From sequence record OQ717042.1: a stretch of DNA of 64,000 nt; one strand, given 5' to 3'. Source of the stretch: Acinetobacter phage EAb13. Every line of letters starts with the position of its first letter. The first letter of the stretch is position 1. Below, piece after piece: positions 56,727-64,000 of the stretch. The position numbers and the translations under genes were made by a program. A model generated the notes under the pieces. The model saw only the letters and a program-made list of their open reading frames with translations, searched no databases and was not told the origin of the DNA.

Positions 56727-57037
56727 TTAAGTTCTCTCATAACAAAGCCACGTCGGATGTAATATTCTGCGAACTCATCTTTGCTATTATAGATTCTATG
56801 TCTATGATCTGGATACGCTAAAAAAGATAAATAATCATCCAGACTCAAATTAATATCGTTACTTGGATGAGAATGCCAGAAGTAAGCTATCTGGTCCTTG
56901 TACTTTTCAATTTCAGCTTCATCAATAGCAAAGAAATTTTGTGGCTCTTTATGAACGTTCGGCACTTCAACTTGAGTGCCGTCCTTCAAAATAAATCCAC
57001 AGCGTTCAACCTCTGGACTCCAAAACTTACTCAACAT
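56723..57037 (-). CDS. MPN/JAMM-domain protein (equivalent to the N-terminal half of lambda K), 104 aa
   Basis: JAMM motif HSHPSNDINLSLDD (HxHx7Sx2D) with an upstream Glu. Confidence 0.75.
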   Translation of the reverse strand: MLSKFWSPEVERCGFILKDGTQVEVPNVHKEPQNFFAIDEAEIEKYKDQIAYFWHSHPSNDINLSLDDYLSFLAYPDHRHRIYNSKDEFAEYYIRRGFVMRELK

Positions 57038-57506
57038 ATTTAGCCACCTTTTGGTAATTTGGCATTAAATCAATTATGTTAAACCGTGGCACAGCTTGTT
57101 CAACATCACGGTGACGGGAAACCATTTGGATTCTACGCAACCATGCTGGTGTCAAAGAATCCTCTCGCGGCTCACGATCAATCAGTTGATGTAAAAATAA
57201 CTGATTGCCAAGATAAATACCAACATGATTAATCACGCTATCATGGACAGCCATACTTAAAACATCACCAGCTCTCATATCTTTGATATCAACACTTGGT
57301 AAATGTTCCCAGTAATCTTCGCTATAAATTTTAGCAAATAAATCTAAGCGAGGGTCATAGAAATGTCTTGGGCGGGCGTAGTTCGGCAGGGCTACGCCAC
57401 AGGCGCGTTCAAGCACAGTGGCTACAACTGAATAGCAATCAGATTCACCTTGAATATAAGGAAGCCCAAGCAAATCCTTATACACCTCATATGGGATGTA
57501 GTCCAT
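57027..57506 (-). CDS. NlpC/P60-family protein (equivalent to the C-terminal half of lambda K), 159 aa
   Basis: Catalytic Cys in GESDCYSVV (compare lambda K GVTDCYTLF); His in INHVGIYLG. Confidence 0.75.
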   Translation of the reverse strand: MDYIPYEVYKDLLGLPYIQGESDCYSVVATVLERACGVALPNYARPRHFYDPRLDLFAKIYSEDYWEHLPSVDIKDMRAGDVLSMAVHDSVINHVGIYLGNQLFLHQLIDREPREDSLTPAWLRRIQMVSRHRDVEQAVPRFNIIDLMPNYQKVAKYVE

Positions 57507-57522
57507 AAAAAATTCCTATAAA

Positions 57523-58005
57523 TCAAATATTTACGTGGAAGAACTCAGGTGGGTAATAGCCACGTGGCGGGAATCGTTGTGCCAAGTTGTCACCTAAACG
57601 ACGTAAGGTTAAAGACACCTTGGTACTGATCATAGGAATCTGGTAAACCTTCCAAACGTCAGTCCGTACCACTTTACCTGTAGTTTCTGAATTAAACTCA
57701 GCTTCAATTTGATAGCGAGTAACCAAAGCGCCTTCCAATTTCCCAGACACGGCCAGTTTGTTGAACATGGAGTCAGGGTTTGCAAGGTCCACGGTTGGTC
57801 GGCTTTTCTCATCTGTTTGAGTCATCAAATCACCAGAGATAGCAAAATCTTGGTAAAGGTATGATTCATTTTGATATTTAAAATCAAAAGAGTCACAGAT
57901 AAAAATATGCTGACCGTTGATCAGCTTAATTTTTAGCAAGTTAATTGTCGTTTTTTGTTGGAGGGAGTTTACCTCCAACAAATTCAATTCACTATTTTCA
58001 CTCAT
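57523..58005 (-). CDS. minor tail protein, lambda L-like (160 aa)
   Basis: HIFICDS ... YLYQDFAISGD...RPTVDLANPDSMF parallels lambda L YFFCNEQ ... PYPIQGSGFE...RPTLTVSNLYGM. ATGAGTGA overlap. Confidence 0.65.
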   Translation of the reverse strand: MSENSELNLLEVNSLQQKTTINLLKIKLINGQHIFICDSFDFKYQNESYLYQDFAISGDLMTQTDEKSRPTVDLANPDSMFNKLAVSGKLEGALVTRYQIEAEFNSETTGKVVRTDVWKVYQIPMISTKVSLTLRRLGDNLAQRFPPRGYYPPEFFHVNI

Positions 58006-58885
58006 TAATATCACCCTTAGATAACTGTTGAAATGGGGTTTCAACTAATGTTAGTTCAATTGTTGGAAGGATACCAGAGTTAGCCATTGGCTTGGTCAAC
58101 GTTAATGGTTCCTTGAAACGTACTGGGATTATTTCCCCAGCATATTCCCAATCAAATACTTTCTTCAAGCGATTTTGAATATAAAAAACTTCAAGTAATG
58201 CAGCATTACGCTCAGGCCAATAGCTGAAACTAAGTTCATCATTAGGTGTAGTGAAATACTGCAAACCATCTACAGAAACCTTAATGGTTCTTAAAGGTGG
58301 TTTATTGTCCTTGAAGATCATATTGTAGTTGCCACCCAAAGGTGCCACCAAAGTATCTTCACGATACTCCATTTCTACATCATAAAAACCACATGGGAAA
58401 GGTATAAGACCTTCCAAGTTTTCAGTAGGGTCAAAATAGAAATCAGTGTCAATAATTTCAATTAAGGAAATAGTAAATCCCTGAACACTAAAACCATTTG
58501 GGTTCTTTTTAGGCAAGCTAATTGGCTGTCCAAATCGTACCTTCACATCACCATAAACTGGATGAGGATAAACAAACGGTTTGTACATACCATGTTCTAA
58601 ATAAAAAGCCTGCAGCTTAGCGTAGTTATACTCGTCAGGACAGTCAGTCAGGCCACCACCATTGTAAAACAAGGTAGAAAATTCTAACTCGAAGCTACGC
58701 ATTGGCTTTACTGTTTGAGAGAAAACATATTCCTGTGAACTGTTATTTTTCACGTTCGCATGAACGAATGGTTCCCTATAAGCAGTACCGAAATTGTGAT
58801 TGGCCCAGATAAACCGCTTTAAGGTAGGGTCATCAATGACCCTACCTTTAAGGTTTTGACTGAAATCAAAAGTTTTAATTGGCAT
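57998..58885 (-). CDS. minor tail protein (M-like/distal tail protein position), about 295 aa
   Basis: Immediately downstream of the TMP; TAATATG junction. The ORF-track TTG at 58900 is an alternative start. Confidence 0.6.
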   Translation of the reverse strand: MPIKTFDFSQNLKGRVIDDPTLKRFIWANHNFGTAYREPFVHANVKNNSSQEYVFSQTVKPMRSFELEFSTLFYNGGGLTDCPDEYNYAKLQAFYLEHGMYKPFVYPHPVYGDVKVRFGQPISLPKKNPNGFSVQGFTISLIEIIDTDFYFDPTENLEGLIPFPCGFYDVEMEYREDTLVAPLGGNYNMIFKDNKPPLRTIKVSVDGLQYFTTPNDELSFSYWPERNAALLEVFYIQNRLKKVFDWEYAGEIIPVRFKEPLTLTKPMANSGILPTIELTLVETPFQQLSKGDINE

Positions 58886-58886
58886 A

Positions 58887-61800
58887 TTATTCGTTCGCAA
58901 TCTGCTTGATTAATGTTTTCAGCTCACCGCTTCGAGTTAAGTTATCAGAAATGGTCACAATCACATCCTGTTTAGATAATGATTTAGGCACATTACTTTG
59001 ACTTACCACATACACGTTAGTATTGCTTGGTGGTTTAGCAGGGGCAGCGGCTGGCATAGTGACATTATACTTACTATTCACAACACCAGCAGGGTCTGCA
59101 CGTAAATTTTCCAAGAAACCCATACCTACGGTATCTGTTACATCTTTCGGTAAAACATACTCATCAGGTGCCAACATAGCTGGGATGGTATCAACGTTCG
59201 GTGCACCATAACCTTTTACCAGACCGCCTGTACTATAGTGACCCCACGAACCACCAGATGGTAAGTTATAGTTCATGGTAGCAGAAGGTGTAGCTGCAGA
59301 TCGGCTTAAAGCATCTGCCGATGACACGGAACCCATACCTGCCATACCGCCACCAAAATATGCAGAAGCCATACTTGCACCAATTTGAAGAACTGGTTGT
59401 AACCATGACCATTTACTTTCTTGCATCTGTGGTGCACTGTACGCTGCTTGACCATAGCGAGTTGCTGACGCTGTACCCAACGCTTGTGCAATACCTCTAC
59501 CAATTCCTGTGCCACCGATTAGGCCACCAGTTCCATCTTCACCAAACATAGCGCCAGTAAAGATTTGCATGAACTGTTGAACAATACGGTCTTGGATTAC
59601 CTTCAACATTGTTTGAAGGATACTATAACCGAAAGCCTTAAATGCATCTTTTGATTCACGGGAACCGCCAATCAGGATTTTAAAGAAGTCATCAAAGCTG
59701 TCGGAAGCTTCCCAAGCTGTACTGATCAACTGGTTGAATGCACCCTGAACACCGCCCAGTACATTTTCAACGTCAGCATATTTCTGGTTCTCAGAATCCA
59801 TCTGACGCTGATTTTTGTTTACAATGGCACGAACAGTTTCACCGATACCAAACTGGCTTGGTTTAAAGTTACCATCAAGCTCTTTCAAGCGTTGCTCAGT
59901 TTCACGAAGCTTAGTTTTCCATTCAATCAGATCGCTACCTTGTTTAGTGAAATCTTCGGTCAGCTTAGTTTGCTGCTTTTTGATTTCAGTAACAGTAGCG
60001 TCGCTGATTTCTTTATCACTAATAGCTTTCGCATTTTCGATCATCTGTGCAGAGATAGCATCTTGCTGCTTTTGTGCTTCCTCAATTTTAGCTGTGATCT
60101 CAGCAATGGCATCGTTATAAACTATACGACGAACTTCTAGGTCATTCGTCTCAACTTGGTTTTGAGCTTCCAGCCCAAGCTGGCTGATTTTATAGCTCAA
60201 ATCTTCACGTTGAATATCAGAATATTTATCTTTATAACGTGGGTCATCCATTAAAGTACGTTTGGCTTGTAAATCACCGATACCTGCTTGGTCCTGTACT
60301 TCCCAAGTATTAAGCTGCTTTTGGAAATCCAAAGCTTGCAAGCTATCTTTAACACGGTTACTGGTTTCAGCAATTGAGTTGTTGATGTTATCAATGAACT
60401 CTTTATTTTGCTTCTTAATGATCTCAGCATATGCATTAGCTGCATCTTTCAACCATTTCTTTCTACGTGTGTCGATATCAAGCTTTAAGTTCTCAGTATC
60501 AGTTTTGAGTTTCAAGTCTGCAGACATAACCACGTAGTTGCCCAATACCTTGTTTTGTGCGCTGTAAGTTACAGCATCAAATTTGGTAAGATCATTGGTC
60601 ATCTTAATTTCTTGTTCTTTCAAGTCTTTCAACTGATCAAACAATTTTGCAGCTTCTACAGTTTGCTTGTAGTCATCACCGTTACGGATATCTTTAACGT
60701 TTTTCATCTGTTGTTCAACAGACGCAATTTGAGCCTTGATTTCATCTAGGCCATATTGTTTAGCTTCACGCTCACGCTTACGTTCTTCGGTATCTTTAGC
60801 TTGGGCAGACTGAATTGCATTGTTAGTCTGACTTTGTAAAGAATCCATTTCACGTTGGAAAGCTTGAACACGGGTAGTTAAAGTATCGTACTCGCGCTTT
60901 TCAGCAGGTGACAGTTTGCTTACATCTTTGTTGCCATACTTGGTTTCTAACAAGTTTGCATCGTTTTCCTGTAAACCTTTTAAACGTTCCAAGATAGCCA
61001 AATCAGTCTTGATATTGTCAGGAACTTCAATTTCACCAGCTACTTGGAATCGACCACCAGTTTTGCTGACATTAGAGAAGTTAGCCATGATCTTAGAAAC
61101 GTACTGGCTTGACTCAGCATAACGAGCTTTGGCACCACCTTTGTTCTTGTAATTTTTTAAATCACCAGAACCCATGTAGTAAGCACGGTAAGCATCTTCA
61201 TAGTTACCAAATTCTTTGAACTTCTGAGCAATGTACTTGGCACCAGCCATGATGTTGTTTTCATCATTGCCGACAATGCTGTTGTAATTAAAACCAGCGT
61301 CTTGAGCTGCAGCACGGGTAACCTGCATTACACCTACTGCAGATGTAGTGATTGGTTTACCGTTTGCATCATATTTACCAGTTTTACCAAGCACGGTGCT
61401 TGAACCCAAGCTTGACTCAGTAATACTTTGGGCCACTAACAATTCCACTGGTACACCAGTAGCTGCAGAAGCTTTCTTGAAAGCTGGCATTAATGCTTTC
61501 AAGCGTTTTTGCTGGTCCAAGGTCAATGCCTGAGCTTTACCACCAGTCATATTCAACATATTACCGAAGCTGGCATTTGCTGGGATACGACCTGTACGAC
61601 GCATGTTCAAAATGTCAGCTTGAACACTGTTCTGTGCTGATTGAACATTACGTTGATTCTCAGTCATATCTTGTTGACTGAGGGTAGAGCTAAAATGATT
61701 GATAAGGTTTGTGTATTCCTTAAAGCCATTCATCATGTTATTGATACTGGCAATCGTTGTACGTGCATTGGCTTTTTGTTCTGGCGTAGTTTTACTATCA

Positions 61801-64000
61801 GAAACACGGTTCTGGTATTGTTTACGTGCACCATTAATAATGGTGTTGAACTCATTGACTTTAGCTTTAATTTTTGGTAAAGATTCACGCGCTTCATCTG
61901 GTGTCATATCATTCAGGGTCATTGCAGCCTGAGTAATACTATTCGCCAAGTTCTGGATGGCTTGAGCACTTCCTGTACCACCATTTGCACGGTTGGCTTG
62001 AGAAATTGCTGTGAAGAACTCCATGCCAGTTGCTGGTGGAGCTGAACCATAACCACCACCGACGATACCACGGTTGCTTACACCAAACTTAGCATATGGG
62101 TTATTTGGTGTTACAGCTTGGCCTAAGTTGTTGAAATCATAGACTTTTCCGAAGTTATTCTTACTGACACTGTTAGGGCCAAAGAAGTCGCCACGGTCTT
62201 TTAATTCATTACCTTTCAACTGAGCTGTGATGTACGCTAAGTTTTGGAGTTCAGCAATCTGGTTATCCAGATTCATTACCAATTCTTTACCTAAAGCTAA
62301 GCGTAATTCTTCCCAACCTAAACGGACCGACTCAATGTTATTTTTTAAGTCTGTGCCAAGGGTAACACCAAGTTCAGATGCACGGTCTTTCAGCTTAGCC
62401 ATTTCTACAGCTACGGCTGCAGGGTCATCTTTCAATGCTTCAAAACGTGACTCAAGAGAAACGATTTTCTTATCCGTCTCTTGGATTTCATTTTGGGTAT
62501 TAGAAATCGCATCGTTCAAGTTATTGACCGATGTTTTTGTAGCTTCCATGCTGATTTTCAGATCATCGTTTGAATCACTGAATGCTTTGAACGCTAAGAT
62601 ACCCGCTGAAACCAGAGCTGTGATAATTGCAAGTTGTGGGGCAGTCAACATCATGGCTGCGCGTAAAGCAGTCATTGCTGTGGTTGCGCCACCTGCTGCT
62701 ACACCACTGGCTGTTGTGGCCGCTGTCATCACTGCAGAAGCTGCCGCTGCTTTACGGTAAATGTCGGCTAAAGCAACTACGGCAGCGATTGAACTACGGA
62801 TAACCAAAATACCTGCAGTCAAGGCACCAGCCATTACGACTACTTGGGTTGTGTAGCGAACTACACCATTATCGGTCAATTCACGGAAACCAATAAGCAT
62901 GTCACCGATGGTACGGACCACATCAGTAAGCGTGTCACGTAAACCAGCGCCTGCAACTTCGGCCAGACCTTTGAACTGGTTTGTCATACGATCAGTTTGA
63001 GCTGCCAATGAGTTCATTTGAACTTCGTTAGCATCCATGGCTGCAGTGTTGTTGTCCAAATTTGCAGACAAATCATCGTACATTTGCAAGTTGTTAGATA
63101 ATGCTGTATAGAACGCTACCGAACGAACCTCAAATGATTGATATGCATCTGCAGTGGTGAACCCTGCTTCACGTAAAGTTTTTAAAGCACCAACCAGACC
63201 TTTTGTACGAATATCAACGTCTGCAGCACTCAAACCTAGACGGGTAAGAATGTCTGAGAATTTTTGACTTGGTGCTATGAGGTCTGTCAATAATTGACGG
63301 AAACCAGTACCTAGTGTTGAACCTGAACGCACACCAGCATTGGCAACAGTAGAGACAGATGCCAAGAGTTCTTCAAAGTCTAGGCCAGCATCGGATGCAG
63401 CGTTACCCGCATATTGAACAGCAAGCTGGAATTTTTGAATATCCAACTTAGATAAGTTCATTGCTTGGGTAATTTGGTTCACAATGGTTGGCATATTTTC
63501 AGCGGAGAGCTGGAAAGCACCAAGTGAAGATGTAGCAATATCCACTGTCTCTTTTAATGACGAACCAGTTGCTGTCGCAAGCAAAGTAACCGATTCCAAA
63601 GTCTTTTCAATTTCAGACATTGAGAAACCAGCTTGTGCGAGTGACGTTGCCGCATCTGTAATTTCAACTGCAGAGAAACGTGAGTTTTCAGCTACCTTTA
63701 AAATTGAGCCACTGAGTGATTGCATCTGGGTATCAGTTGCTTGCGAAATTGCCTGAGTTTGCTTCAAGGCATTTTCAAACTCACGTAAGAACTGGTAGCT
63801 GCCAGTAATGGCACCAATACCAGCACCCAACATGGCAAAGTCACGAAGGAAGCTAATACGGTTCGCTAAACGTGAACCAGAAATTTCAGACTCAGACTTT
63901 TGCTCAGCTTGGGACTCTTTAAGCGCACGGGTACGCGCCTTGATAGCATCTACCTCTTGCTGGTATTTAACCACAAGGTCGGTTGCATCTTTTTTGGCTT
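58887..64000 (-). CDS. tail tape-measure protein with embedded lytic transglycosylase (SLT) domain; N-terminus lies beyond the window end (partial)
   Basis: More than 1700 aa, highly coiled-coil and Ala/Gln/Lys-rich; SLT-type motif ITESSLGSS...GVMQVT...AGAKYIAQ; reading frame stays open to position 64000. Confidence 0.85.
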   Translation of the reverse strand, partial: AKKDATDLVVKYQQEVDAIKARTRALKESQAEQKSESEISGSRLANRISFLRDFAMLGAGIGAITGSYQFLREFENALKQTQAISQATDTQMQSLSGSILKVAENSRFSAVEITDAATSLAQAGFSMSEIEKTLESVTLLATATGSSLKETVDIATSSLGAFQLSAENMPTIVNQITQAMNLSKLDIQKFQLAVQYAGNAASDAGLDFEELLASVSTVANAGVRSGSTLGTGFRQLLTDLIAPSQKFSDILTRLGLSAADVDIRTKGLVGALKTLREAGFTTADAYQSFEVRSVAFYTALSNNLQMYDDLSANLDNNTAAMDANEVQMNSLAAQTDRMTNQFKGLAEVAGAGLRDTLTDVVRTIGDMLIGFRELTDNGVVRYTTQVVVMAGALTAGILVIRSSIAAVVALADIYRKAAAASAVMTAATTASGVAAGGATTAMTALRAAMMLTAPQLAIITALVSAGILAFKAFSDSNDDLKISMEATKTSVNNLNDAISNTQNEIQETDKKIVSLESRFEALKDDPAAVAVEMAKLKDRASELGVTLGTDLKNNIESVRLGWEELRLALGKELVMNLDNQIAELQNLAYITAQLKGNELKDRGDFFGPNSVSKNNFGKVYDFNNLGQAVTPNNPYAKFGVSNRGIVGGGYGSAPPATGMEFFTAISQANRANGGTGSAQAIQNLANSITQAAMTLNDMTPDEARESLPKIKAKVNEFNTIINGARKQYQNRVSDSKTTPEQKANARTTIASINNMMNGFKEYTNLINHFSSTLSQQDMTENQRNVQSAQNSVQADILNMRRTGRIPANASFGNMLNMTGGKAQALTLDQQKRLKALMPAFKKASAATGVPVELLVAQSITESSLGSSTVLGKTGKYDANGKPITTSAVGVMQVTRAAAQDAGFNYNSIVGNDENNIMAGAKYIAQKFKEFGNYEDAYRAYYMGSGDLKNYKNKGGAKARYAESSQYVSKIMANFSNVSKTGGRFQVAGEIEVPDNIKTDLAILERLKGLQENDANLLETKYGNKDVSKLSPAEKREYDTLTTRVQAFQREMDSLQSQTNNAIQSAQAKDTEERKREREAKQYGLDEIKAQIASVEQQMKNVKDIRNGDDYKQTVEAAKLFDQLKDLKEQEIKMTNDLTKFDAVTYSAQNKVLGNYVVMSADLKLKTDTENLKLDIDTRRKKWLKDAANAYAEIIKKQNKEFIDNINNSIAETSNRVKDSLQALDFQKQLNTWEVQDQAGIGDLQAKRTLMDDPRYKDKYSDIQREDLSYKISQLGLEAQNQVETNDLEVRRIVYNDAIAEITAKIEEAQKQQDAISAQMIENAKAISDKEISDATVTEIKKQQTKLTEDFTKQGSDLIEWKTKLRETEQRLKELDGNFKPSQFGIGETVRAIVNKNQRQMDSENQKYADVENVLGGVQGAFNQLISTAWEASDSFDDFFKILIGGSRESKDAFKAFGYSILQTMLKVIQDRIVQQFMQIFTGAMFGEDGTGGLIGGTGIGRGIAQALGTASATRYGQAAYSAPQMQESKWSWLQPVLQIGASMASAYFGGGMAGMGSVSSADALSRSAATPSATMNYNLPSGGSWGHYSTGGLVKGYGAPNVDTIPAMLAPDEYVLPKDVTDTVGMGFLENLRADPAGVVNSKYNVTMPAAAPAKPPSNTNVYVVSQSNVPKSLSKQDVIVTISDNLTRSGELKTLIKQIANE

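Noticed and set aside
59023-63756. Plus-strand ORFs (59023-59211, 59321-59551, 59815-60140, 60262-60749, 61348-61932, 62227-62760, 63484-63756)
   Set aside because: All are antisense to the open tape-measure frame and reflect its Ala/Leu/Ser-rich codon bias.
1-64000. CRISPR array, integrase/transposase, reverse transcriptase (retron/DGR)
   Set aside because: No spacer-repeat arrays, no tyrosine/serine recombinase or RT motifs (YXDD) were seen in any of the translated ORFs.

Overview
This 64 kb window reads as part of a large virulent tailed-phage genome with a T5-like global layout. About 38% GC, densely packed, strongly strand-polarised. Positions 1-51465 are almost all + strand: roughly 75 short early ORFs with ATGA/TAATG overlaps and AGGAG-type RBSs, a replication and recombination module, a nucleotide-metabolism block, a separate fibre/lysis operon, then a tRNA-Asn and a 1.3 kb structured non-coding tract. 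Replication and recombination module: SF2 helicase, FEN/RNase H-like 5'-3' exonuclease, family A DNA polymerase, DEDDh exonuclease, PD-(D/E)XK nuclease, SbcD/Mre11 and SbcC/Rad50. Nucleotide-metabolism block: MazG-ThyX-unknown-NrdA-NrdB. Fibre/lysis operon: four large fibre-like proteins, two holin-like proteins, endolysin, small spanin-like ORF. A bidirectional terminator at about 51471-51504 separates this from a convergent minus-strand late tail module (51503-64000) that is clearly lambda-like: side fibre, J-like central fibre, I-like, MPN and NlpC/P60 halves of a K-like protein, L-like, M-like, and a tape-measure protein truncated by the window edge. Main observations for follow-up: (1) three adjacent large proteins sharing a roughly 60 aa N-terminal module, a Gly-rich linker and unrelated C-termini; (2) a second fibre-repeat protein sitting in the early region; (3) a 1 kb non-coding tract with iterons, nested palindromes and a strand-asymmetric C-rich segment; (4) a GGCCGTGGC-type motif marking the first intergenic regions, plus an exact 18-mer repeated 7.7 kb away inside a gene; (5) tRNA-like 3' halves with a conserved downstream motif; (6) insulated monocistronic early genes; (7) a split, order-inverted K-like tail protein. 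Every functional call rests on motif recognition by eye; no database search was possible.
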